Positions 13,101 to 25,100 of a stretch of DNA of 64,000 nucleotides are shown in pieces. The notes under the pieces were generated by a model. That model searched no databases. It saw only the letters and a program-made list of their open reading frames with translations, and was not told where the DNA came from. The translations under genes were made by a program, and so were the position numbers. Source of the DNA: Eutreptiella sp. 'Long Island Sound 2002' (taxonomy: Eukaryota; Protista; Euglenida); contig OZ038378.1 in assembly GCA_964036045.1 (NCBI GenBank), forward strand, positions 55,118,001-55,182,000. Reading direction: 5' to 3'. Each line of letters opens with the position of its first letter. The first letter of the stretch is position 1.

Positions 13101-16100
13101 TTGTTGCCCCTTGAGTTGGCGTTAGGGACTCTGAATCCACGCTTTGTTGTGTCGCCCCGTGAGTTGGGGTTAGGGACTTTCAATCCACGCTTAGTTGCGT
13201 CGCGCCTTGAGTTGGGGTTAGGGACTCGCAATCCACGCTTTGTTGTGTGACCCCTTGAGTTGGGGTTAGTGACTCGCAATCCACGCTTCGTTGTGTGGCT
13301 CCTTGAGTTGGCGTCAGGGACTCACAATCCACGCTTTGTTGTGTGGCCCATTGAGTTGGGGTTAGGGACTCTCAATCCACGCTTTGTTGCGTGGCCCCTT
13401 GAGTTGGCGTCAGGGATTCTCAATCCACGCTTTGTTGTGTGGCCGCTTGAGTTGGGGTTAGGGACTCGCAATCCACACTTTGTTGCGTGGCTCCTTCAGT
13501 TGGGGTTGGGGACTCTCAATCCACGTCTCGTTGTATGTCCCCTTGCGTTGGGGTTAGGGACCCACAATGCACGCTTTGTTGCGTGGCCCTTTTAGTTGTG
13601 GTTAGGGACTCTCAATCCACGCTTTGTTGCGTGGCCCCTTGAGTTGGGATTAGGGACTCACAATCCACGCTTTCTTGCGTGGCCCCTTGAGTTGGAATTA
13701 GGGACTCACAAACCGCACTTTTTTGTGTGGCCCCTTGAGTTGGGGTTATGGTCTCACAATCTACGCTTTGTAGCGTGGCCCATTGAGTTGAGGTTTAGGG
13801 ACTCGCAATCCACGCTTTGTTGTGTGGCCCCTTGAGTTGGCGTTAGTGACTCAGAATCCACGCTTTGTTGCGTGGCCCCTTGAGTTGGGGTTAGGGACTT
13901 ACAATCCACGCTTGGTTGTGTGGCCCTTTGAGTTGGGGTTAGGGACTCACAATCCATGGTTTGTTGCGTGGCCCCTTTCAGTTGGGGTTAGGGACAAACA
14001 ATCCACGCATTTTTCGCGTTGCCCCTTGAGTGGAGATTAGGGATTCGCAATTCACACTTTGTTGCGTGGCCCCTTGAGTTGGGGTTAGGGGTTCGCAATC
14101 CACGCTTTGTTGTGTGGCCCCTTGAGTTAGGGTTAGGGACTCTCAATCCACGCTTTGTTGTGTGGCCCCTTGAGTTGGGGTTAGGGACTCTCAATCCACG
14201 CTTTGTTGCGTGGCCCCTTGAGTTGAGAATAGGGACTCTCAATCCACGCTTTTTCTGCGTGGCCCCTTCAGTTGAGATTAGGGACTCGCAATCCACGCTT
14301 TGTTGCGTGGCCCCTTGAGTTGGGGTTAGGGGTTCGGAATCCACGCTTTTTTGTGTGGCCCTTTGAGTTGGGATTAGGGGTTCGCAATCCACGCTTTGTT
14401 GCGTGGCTCTTTGAGTTGGGGTTAGGGACTCGTAATCCACGCTTTGTTGCGTGGCCCCTTGAGTTGGGGTTAGGGACTCGCAATCCACGCTTTGTTGTGT
14501 GGCCCTTTGAGTTGGGGTTAGGGACTCGTAATCCACGCTTTGTTGCGTGGCCCGTTGACTTGGTGTTAGGGACTCGCAATCCACGCCTTGTTACGTGGCC
14601 CCTTGAGTTGGGGTTAGGGACTCTCAATCCATGCTTTTTTTTGCGTGGCCCGTTGACTTGGGGTTAGGGACTCGCAATCCACACTTTGTTGCGTGGCCCC
14701 TTGAGTTGGGGTTAGGGACTCTCAATCCACGCTTTGTTGTGTGGCCCGTTGACTTGGGCTTAGGGACTCTAAATCCACGCTTTTTTGCGTGGCCCCTTGA
14801 GTTGGGGTCAGGGACCCTCAATCCACGCTTTGTTGCGTGGCCCCTTGAGTTGGGATTAGGCACTCACAATCCACGCTTTTTTTGCGTGGCCCCTTCAGTT
14901 GAGATTAGGGACTCGCAATCCACGCTTTGTTGCGTGGCCCCTTGAGTTGGGGTTAGGCGTTCGGAATCCACGCTTTTTTGTGTGGCCCTTTGAGTTGGGG
15001 TTAGGGGTTCGCAATCCACGCTTTGTTGCGTGGCCCCTTGAGCTGGGGTTAGGGACTCTCAATCCACGCTTTGTTGCGTGGCCCGTTGACTTGGGGTTAG
15101 GGACTCGCAATCCACGCCTTGTTACGTGGCCCCTTGAGTTGGGGTTAGGGACTCTCAATCCATGCCTTTTTTGCGTGGCCCGTTGACTTGGGGGAAGTGC
15201 TTCGCAATCCACGCTTTGTTGCGTGGCCCCTTGAGTTGGGGTTAGGGACCCTCAATCCACGCTTTGTTGCGTGGCCCCTTGAGTTGGGATTAGGGACTCA
15301 CAATCCACGATTTGTTGCGTGGCCCTTTGATTTGGGGTTAGGGACTCACAATCCACGCTTCGTTGCGTGGCCCCTTGAGTTGCGGTTAGGGATTCTCAAT
15401 CCACGCTTTGTTGCCTGGCCCCTTGAGTTGGGGTTAGGGACCCGCAATCCACGCTTTGTTGTATGGCCCCTTGAGTTGGGGTTAGGGACTCTCAATCCAC
15501 CCTTTGTTGCATGGCCCCTTGAGTTAGGGTTAGTGAGGCCATCCACGCTTTGTTGTGTGGCCCCTTGAGTTGGGGTTAGGGACTCGTAATCCACGCTTTG
15601 TTGCGTGGCCCCTTGAGTTGGGGTTAGGGACTCTCAAGGCACGCTTTGCTGCATGGTCTTTTGAGTTGTGGTTAGGCACTCTCAATCCACGCTTTTTTGC
15701 GTGGCCCCTTGAGTTGGGGTAAGGTACCCTCAATCCACGCTTTGTTGCGTGGCCCCTTGAGTTGGGGTTAGGGACTTTCAATCCACGCTTTGTTGTGTGG
15801 CCCCTTGAGTTGGGGTTAGGGACTTGCAATTCACACTTTCTTGTGTGGGCTCTTGAGTTGGGGTTAAGGACTCTCAATCCACGTTTTGTTGCCTGGCTCT
15901 TTGAGTTGGGATTAGGGACTCACAATCCACGATTTGTTGTGTGGCCCCTTGAGTTGCTGCTAGGGACTCACAATCCACGCTTTCTTGTGTGGCCCCTTGA
16001 GTTGGGGTTAGGGATTCTCAATCCACGCTTTGTTGCGTGGCCCCTTGAGTTGGGGTTAGGGTGTCTCAATCCACGTTTTGTTGCATGGTCTTTTGAGTTG

Positions 16101-19100
16101 TGGATAGGGACTCGCAATCCACGCTTCGTTGTGTGGCCCCTTGAGTTGTGGTTCGGGACTCATAATCCACACTTTGTTGCCTGGCCCCTTGAGTTGGGGT
16201 TAGGGACCCGCAATCCACGCTTTGTTGCGTGGCCCCTTGAGTTGGGGTTAGGGACTCGCAAACCACGCTTTGTTGTCTGTCCCTTTGAGTTGGGGTTAGG
16301 GACTCTCAATCCACCCTTTGTTGCATGGCCCCTTGAGTTAGGGTTAGTGACGCCATCCACGCTTTGTTGTGTGGCCCCTTGAGTTGGGGTTAGGGACTCG
16401 TAATCCACGCTTTGTTGCGTGGCCCCTTGAGTTGGGGTTAGGGACTCTCAAGGCACGCTTTGCTGCATGGTCTTTTGAGTTGTGGTTAGGCACTCTCAAT
16501 CCACGCTTTTTTGCGTGGCCCCTTGAGTTGGGGTAAGGTACCCTCAATCCACGCTTTGTTGCGTGGCCCCTTGAGTTGGGGTTAGGGACTTTCAATCCAC
16601 GCTTTGTTGTGTGGCCCCTTGAGTTGGGGTTAGGGACTCGCAATCTACACTTTCTTGTGTGGGCTCTTGAGTTGGGGTTCAGGACTCTCAATCCACGTTT
16701 TGTTGCCTGGCTCTTTGAGTTGGGATTAGGGACTCACAATCCACGATTTGTTGTGTGGCCCCTTGAGTTGCTGCTAGGGACTCACAATCCACGCTTTCTT
16801 GTGTGGCCCCTTGAGTTGGGGTCAGGGATTCTCAATCCACGCTTTGTTGCGTGGCCCCTTGAGTTGGGGTTAGGGTGTCTCAATCCACGTTTTGTTGCAT
16901 GGTCTTTTGAGTTGTGGATAGGGACTCGCAATCCACGCTTCGTTGTGTGGCCCCTTGAGTTGTGGTTCGGGACTCATAATCCACACTTTGTTGCCTGGCC
17001 CCTTGAGTTGGGGTTAGGGACCCGCAATCCACGCTTTGTTGCGTGGCCCCTTGAGTTGGGGTTAGGGACTCGCAAACCACGCTTTGTTGTGTGTCCCTTT
17101 GAGTTGGGGTTAGGGACTCTCAATCCACCCTTTGTTGCATGGCCCCTTGAGTTAGGGTTAGTGACGCCATCCACGCTTTGTTGTGTGGCCCCTTGAGTTG
17201 GGGTTAGGGACTCGTAATCCACGCTTTGTTGCGTGGCCCCTTGAGTTGGGGTTAGGGACTCTCAAGGCACGCTTTGCTGCATGGTCTTTTGAGTTGTGGT
17301 TAGGCACTCTCAATCCACGCTTTTTTGCGTGGCCCCTTGAGTTGGGGTAAGGTACCCTCAATCCACGCTTTGTTGCGTGGCCCCTTGAGTTGGGGTTAGG
17401 GACTTTCAATCCACGCTTTGTTGTGTGGCCCCTTCGGTTGGGGTTAGGGACTCGCAATCTACACTTTCTTGTGTGGGCTCTTGAGTTGGGGTTAAGGACT
17501 CTCAATCCAGGTTTTGTTGCCTGGCTCTTTAAGTTGGGATTAGGGACTCACAATCCACGCTTTGTTGTGTGGCCCCTTGAGTTGGGGTCAGGGATTCTCA
17601 ATCCACGCTTTGTTGCGTGGCCCCTTGAGTTGGGGTTAGGGTGTCTCAATCCACGTTTTGTTGCATGGTCTTTTGAGTTGTGGATAGGGACTCGCAATCC
17701 ACGCTTCGTTGTGTGGCCCCTTGAGTTGTGGTTCGGGACTCATAATCCACACTTTGTTGCGTGGCCCCTTGAGTTGGGGTTAGGGACCCGCAATCCACGC
17801 TTTGATGTGTGGCCCTTTTTGTTGTGGTTAGGGACTCTCAATCCACGCTTTGTTGCGTGGCCCGTTGACTTGGGGTTAGGCACTCGCAATCCACGCTTTG
17901 TTGTGTGGTCCCTTGAGTTGGGGTTAGGGACTCTCAATCTGTGCTTTGTTGCGTGCCCCTTGAGTTGGGGTTAGGGACTCTTAATCCGCGCTTTCTTGTG
18001 CAGCCCATTGAGTTCGGGTCAGGGACTCGCAATCCACGATTTGTTGCGTGGCCCCTTTAGTTGTGGTTAGGGACTCGCAATCCACGCTTTGTTGTTTGGC
18101 CCCTTGAGTTGGGGTTAGGGACCCGCAATCCACGCCTTGTTGCGTGATCCCTTGAGTTTGGGTTAGGGACTTCCAATCCACGCTTTGTTGTGTGGCCCAT
18201 TGAGTTGGGGTTAGGGACTCTCAATCCACTCTTTGTTGCATGGCCCCTTGAGTTAGGGTTAGTGACGCCATCCACGCTTTGTTGTGTGGCCCCTTGAGTT
18301 GGGGTTAGGGACTCGTAATCCACGCTTTGTTGCGTGGCCCCTTGAGTTGGGGTTAGGGATTCTCAATCCACGCTTTCTTGTGCAGCCCCTTGAGTTGGGG
18401 TTGGGGACTTGCAATCCGCGCTTTGTTGCGTGGCCCCTTGAGTTGGGGTTAGGGACTCGCAATCCACGCTTTGCTGCATGGCACCTTTAGTTGGGGTTAG
18501 GGACTCTCAATCCACACTTTGTTGTGTGGCCCCTTGAGTTGGGGTGACGGACTCGCCATCCACACTTTGTTGCGTGGCCCTTTGAGTTGGGGTTAGGGAC
18601 TCTCAATCCACACTTTGTTGCGTGGCCCCTTGAGTTGCGGTTAGGGACTCTCAATTTGTGCTTTGTTGCCTGCCCCATTGAGTTGGGGTTAGGGACTCTT
18701 AATCCACGCTTTCTTGTGCAGCCCCTTGAGTTGGGGTTAGGGACTCGCAATCCATGCTTTGTTTTGTGGCCCCTTGAGTTGGGGTTAGGGACTTTCAATC
18801 CACGCTTTGTTGCATGGCCCCTTAATTTAGGGTGAGGGACGCCATCCACGCTTTGTTGCGTGGCCCCTTGAGTTGGGGTTAGGGACTCGTAATCCACGCT
18901 TTGTTGCGTGGCCCCTTGGGTTGTGGTTAGGGACTCACAATCCACGCTTTGTGTCGCCTTCAAGCACTCCAATGGATACGTGCATATCCACTCGATACAC
19001 TTCAAGCATTTCTTTCAATTTTTCATTTTTTTTTATAATTTACACGACCCACCGACAAAGAAATTACACGCCCTTACCGCAAAAAGAATTGATTTTATTT

Positions 19101-22100
19101 TTATAATTCACATGACTTACCGCGAAAAAAAAGCTGCACGCATCTACCGCAAAAAATTTACATGAGTAGACGACTTTTTTTTGTACCCAACTTACGGTTT
19201 TCACGATCACCATCGTGGGTGAGCCTACACTGGCCAAAGTACCGAGCAAACTTCAAGAAAGCTGAACCTAACTAATTCTGAGTAGGTCGTGCGTACAAAG
19301 TTAGTCCCACGCAATCTAGCATTAATTGCAAAAAAAAATTGATTGTAGCCGTACAATCGAAAAATACAACGCAAAATTCGAAATAATCGCAAAAATTAAA
19401 TTAATTCCACACATCACATGAGAGGTATTTCGTGTTGTAAGTAACCCCCCCCCGCCCTGCTTTGTGTGCTTTCCTTCCTTGTGTACAGCACCATTTCTAC
19501 CATGTTCACGCTACAACATTATTTCTCTGTCATCCCACATGAAACTGCAGTGCACCGCTATGTTGCAACTGCTGAGCAACTAGCCAGTTATGATTTTTGT
19601 CGTGAGCTCGTCACAACAGCGTTGGGTGCAGCTCTACAGGTCGTTCCGGAGGAGCCGGCCATTGGCCGTCGTCCTGGGCGTCCGCCAGGGAGTCTCAATG
19701 TGGAGATCTGATTTCATTCAATCCTTCATAATGGGGAATTGTTCATGTGTGGGCCTACAATGTGTCATTTGTATGCATGGAAATTTGCATTGGGTGCATT
19801 GGTTTTGTTCGTGAACGCAAATTGAAAAAACAATCGCAAAAAAAATAAATATCTCGCCCGCCATTCAAATTTTTGGTCGCAAAACCAAAAAAAATCGCAA
19901 AAAATTTTATTTTGAGGGGGGGTCCTTTGCAAAAATGCCGGTTTCACAAAATTTAAAAGTTTGCACGGTATCCCACGCGCATGGATGCACGATTTCAGTG
20001 AAGCTCGACATTGCCCCCCCCCCCCCCCCACACACAACATGCAGAATGGCCTGCCTCTGTAGTTGCTGTCAACTGGCGGCTAGACTTGGCGTAATGATCC
20101 ACCCTGAAGGGTCTGTCAGCAAGAAGGCACACATGTATACAGACTTTTCATGCGTGTTTGGCTCTGTGCAGTGGTGGCTGTGGTTGGAATTCCGAACTCA
20201 CCCTTTTGACCTTCAATCAAAGAAAACCTTGTGCAATGCATCCAGAGGGACATGGCGACCGTTGGTGGAACAACGAAGGCCTCCCAAGTGGCAAAGCCGG
20301 ACCCAGGAAATGCAAATCTGTTATTCCTGTTTGGCTCCCTGGGGACCGTGCACACCATGTGGCTGTGAACTGACATGGGCTGTGCTTGCGCAAGGGTTGG
20401 GGTAGTCCTCTGCGTTGATGCTTCCATGCCGACAAGCTGCCGGGAGCTCCCTCCACAAAACTCGGACAAATGCATGACAGCACCCACGCTGTGGCTCTAC
20501 TCCCAATATCCCCCCCCCCCCCTCCCCCCGCCGTGCAAATGCAGCGCACCAAAAACACCAGATGAAGCCCATCATGTGCAAGTTTTGGGGGCCAAATGCA
20601 ATCTGCGGCGCGTCCCTGAGAGGTCGTCGAGGTTGAGGAGGGATGCGCACACGTCCCACAACCCTCCCGCAACCCGTTACAACCCGGCATAATTGTAGGT
20701 CAGGGTCCTGGACGATGACGGCAACCTCGTCACGAACGGCAGCCCCATTGTCGAGCTTGAATTGGCGAGTGGCAAAGGGACCCTCGGCGGTACCGTCCGC
20801 GCCCCGGCCGTGAACGGTATCGCGGTGTTCCCCGACGTGACGTACAAGGGCACGGACTCCTTCACGGTGGCGGCGGCCTCAACCGGCCTAACCCCCGCCG
20901 TCCTCCCCAACGCCATCCGGCCCGTGAGCCCCAGCAAACTCCCTCCGCCGCTGTCCCCCGGGTCAGGGGGGCTCTACAGCGGCTTCGCGTCGTCTGAGCC
21001 CGAAACCCCGAGCCGCATCCCGCTGCCCCCAACGCCACACGAGGTGCCGCTCCCGGGCAGCGAGCCCCCCAGCCCCAGCAGAGTCCGGCTCCCGCCAACG
21101 CCCAGCGACGTGCCACTGCCTGCGTCGCCCTGCGACGTCCCGCTCCCCGAGAGCGCAGCCACCGGTGCGTCGCGCGCGCCCAAGCCACCAAGCAGCAAGA
21201 ACAGCTCGAGGGGGGGGCGGCCGTTGCCGCCAGGGATCCGCAACCAGGTGGGCAGTCGCGACGGCAGCGCGGCCAGGACTCGCGAAGGCAGCCAGGGCGG
21301 CAGCCGCGGTGGCAGCCGGGCCGACGGCATCAGCCCGAAGTCGGGGCGTCGCACTGGCAGCGGCCGGGGCAGCCCCGGCGGGCGCAGTCAGAAATTCCAG
21401 AGCACGCGGCCCGGCCTGGGGACCCACAACGCTGCCGCGTCTGCGGTGGCGGTGCGGGTCCTGCCCCTCGACAGGTCGGTGGAGCCGGGGAAGCCGTTCT
21501 CGGTGGACGTGGAGCTGCGAAACGCCGACGGCAAGGTCGTGCCGGAAGCAACGGTGCCGGTGACTCTGCGGGCCGTGACACCCGGGGGCTCCGCAGCAGA
21601 GCTCCAGGGGACAATGAAGGCGAACCCCTTCGACGGGATGGCCCACTTCGAGGCGCTCGTGCTGCCGGAGGGCATGCAACCGGAGGGGGTGCTGCTGACC
21701 GCCACTGCGCCGGGCCTGGCCCCATCGCCGGCCGTGCCGCTGTCCGGCGGCGAGGGCAACGGCAGCTGCCCTCTGCAGCTGGTCCCCAAGAAATTGGTCA
21801 TCAGCAATGCTCCGGCCGGGGCTGTCCCCGCGGGAGGGGCCATGCTGTTCGAAGTCAAGGTCCACGTTCCGCTGGCTGTGCTCACTGCCTCCCTCGCCTG
21901 TTGCCCTACTCTGGCGCTCCCCCTTCATCCCGGCGCCTCCCTTGCCTCCCCCTTCCTCGCACATGAGGTTGCCGGCAGGACAGGTAGTAGTCATCTGTCA
22001 GCTGTGCCTGCTTTGCGGTATCACCAACAGCGATTGTGAGCCAACCTTACGGCAGTTGGGACCCACGTTTTTTGGCTGGCATCAACCTCTCGTATTTCGC

Positions 22101-25100
22101 GCACAGCAACACGCACCGCGCCCTGAGGGAGCAAAGCCAAAAGGTCACAGAGAGGGGCCTCGATGTTCAAAGCCTCCAGAAACACAGGGGGTTGGGTTGG
22201 GTTGTGAGTTTGGGTTGGAAAAGCTTGTTCGGCGCATGCTTGGAGCCCTTAGACGCACCGACAGGTACGCAGCTTCGGAGAGTAGGCGCAGGCGATCGCA
22301 AGCAAAGAAAATGGCACTGCATCCGGTATGAAGCCCCTGCACGGGGATCTGGGCCAGGCCAGGTAGCCGACGGCGACAGGCTCTCACCAAACCCAAACCC
22401 AAACCAGGCCATATTGCTTAGTAGACAAAATACCCTACCCCCAGGGGGGTGGGGCGAGGGTGGGTACGGATTGGTGGGTGGGTTGGCCCCAAATTCTGGC
22501 ATTTTGGGCCCCAGGGGGGGGGGGGAGGGCGCTTTTTTTGGGTCTTGGGTTTGCGAAGGGTTCTGAGATTGGTAGTCAGGAAGAAAGGACAGTGAGTCTT
22601 CCAGCTCATCCTCCTCTGCTGATGGGGAGCTCTCTCAGTGATGCACTTCATGAGCATTGCCAACAATCATTCTGGGGCATACAGGACAGCAGGTACCCGA
22701 ACGACGTGGTGTCCTTCCTTCCTCCGAACTACAGCCAAATGGGGGTTTCTCAATCAAGTGCTTGCATGTGACTGTGGGTGTAGGGTGCAGGGGGGGGGTG
22801 GATAGGCGGGCGGGTGGGCAGGCGGGCAGGTGGGTGGCTCAGCCCTGGCCAAGGCCCAAAATAAGCCCCCCCTCCCCTAGGTCACGAAGCAATGACCTGA
22901 CCTAAACCCGCCCTCCGTTCCATCCCCCCCTCCCAGCTCTCCCTTGATATATGTCCACGTACATAAAAGCCAAACGTGATCGCGTACAATATTGAGGGTC
23001 TGTCTGAAGTTTGCAGGCATTGGAGGGACGCCAAAGTGGACCTGTGAGCCGAGGGACGACTGTACCACTCTCACCTACCGAACATACATTTCCCCAGTCG
23101 CTTGGAAAAGGCAATGCAGACATCTATTTTTCAAAACTCAAACCAGTGTACACACCCGGAAGTACCAACTGGCACACTTACTGCCCCTTTATGGCAGCCC
23201 CCCGCCTCCTGCGTGCCTTGGTCCCCATGCCATCCCCCTACTACTCAGCCCCCCCCCTTTCCCTCTGTCCCACCTTTGGAGCCTTGGACGAAAATCAACA
23301 CGTGCCCGCCCTGTCTTCGTGGTCTCCCCCCCCCCCCCACCTCCACCCCCACCCCCTGGCCTTTATGGCAACCCCCCCCCCGCCGCCCCTTAAGGGGAAG
23401 TCTGCCCCCAATCCACCTTGACGAACACCTTGAGCCTAGGGAACTTGCTGCACACAGGCACATAAGCCGGGTGCCCCTGAACAACGGGCTGTGTATGAGG
23501 CATTATTTCTGCCGGGGGGGGGGGTGGAGGGGTGGATGTCAACTGTGCCAACAACAATGTTAACGAGATGGCCCAGCGCACAGTGAAGCCAGGAGTGTTG
23601 TGCCTGCAGACTGCTGGGGGTTTGTGTTCTGGAGGGGAGGATGGCGGCTTGGTATGGAGGGGGGGGTATGGTCTGGTATTGGTAGGGTCATGAGGCTGGT
23701 ACCGTGTCTGTGGCCGTCAACATTCTGGGGTGGACAGGTAGCCACCTGCAAACAGGTTCCCATCCACGCCCTTCATCCTTTCGTCGCTTTGTCCCTCTGT
23801 CCGTCCCTCTCTCCATGTTCAGGTAGTGGACGACGACGGCAACCTGGTGACCGATGGCAAGCCAATGGTCGAGCTCAAGTTGGCCGCTGGGGATGGTACT
23901 CTCGGGGGCACCCTGAGCGCCCCGGCCAAGGGCGGCGTTGCCTGCTTCTCATGGGTGACGTACGACGGGACTGAGCCATTTGCAGTGAAGGCGGTCTCGG
24001 ACGGGCTGGAGCCCGCGACGCTGGAACAGCCCATCCGTGTCTCCAGCGCCCCGACCGAGAGCGCTGGGGCACTGTCCCTGAAGGACGCTGGGGGCAGCTT
24101 CCTGGGCAATGCGGCGGTATGCACTTCATCCACCCTCCTCCCGTCTCATTAATCACCCCCCCCCCCTTGAGGTTCCCTTTCGCAGCAAACCACGGGGGGG
24201 GGGGCGGGGATCCATCCCCCCCTTAACCCCCCCCCCCCCCTAATGAAGTGACTGGGCCAAGCCACGCTTTGCGGATCACGGTAGCAATTCTCAGCCGTTG
24301 CTGCTAACTTTGGCTCATGTATGCAACGGGGGGGGGGATTGCAGTCGCGCAAAAAGGTTCGCCCCCCCCCCCCCCCCTTTTCCCTGTCCCTACTCCCTCC
24401 AGACCCCCAAAACTATGCCAAAGAGGAGCAGCAGTGCTGCCAATGGGCCTGCAATGCGGCTTTTTCAAACGGTTGGCGGACGCGTGAGTCTCGATGCTCG
24501 CCCCCTTCGGCACACGACTAAGGAGGACATCCGATGCTTTTATCCCCGCCCCCCACTTGTGTATCTTCAACATGTTCAGATTGAAATGGGAAATTCAAGA
24601 ATGCCCCCCAAACCAGAAACAGAATTGACCCCCCCCCCTCCGGACGCCCTGTACCAGTACCAGTACCAGTACCAGTGTACCTTCCTTTTTGCCTTCACAG
24701 ATCTTCGAAACCGGCTTGGAACCCCCATTTCTGCAATAGTGTATTATGGGATGCGTTTGGTGCTTGTACCAGGGATTGTCCGTCAATTTTTACCCTCAAG
24801 TTTTCTCCACCAAGAAAAGGGTCCCGCAAAACCTCAGGACCCCAGGGTCTTCCCCACGAAGCCCCCCCCCCCCCCCGCCACATTGTGACACGGAACCCAC
24901 TGGCCCTGTGTTACATTTCGCGCATCAGATGTGGTGGGAAGCACCCTCCAAAGGTCATCTTCATGGGAAAGACTTTGTGTCGAGCATGGCTAGCGCCGGC
25001 GTGGGAGGGGGCGCCCAGGTCTATCACAGCAAAGGGCGCCTATGGCATTGTCACTGAAGAGCTTTTTGTTCTGACTGTTGTTGCTTTGCAGCCTGTGCCT

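Noticed and set aside
8258-18952. CRISPR-like or true telomeric array
   Set aside because: Units are contiguous with no unique spacers and there are no cas genes. There is only one TTAGGG per 48 bp, and the array is internal with gene exons on both sides.
8139-19005. Long ORFs of (WPLELGLGTRNPRFVA)n, (DCESLTPTQGATQQSV)n and similar, also at 60171-63965
   Set aside because: A 48-bp unit with stop-free frames yields ORFs on both strands. Frequent single-base indels break frame, and both arrays lie inside introns.
20963-21994. Long antisense and alternative-frame ORFs over exons (also 58995-59663)
   Set aside because: These are shadows of GC-rich coding sequence with no independent motifs.
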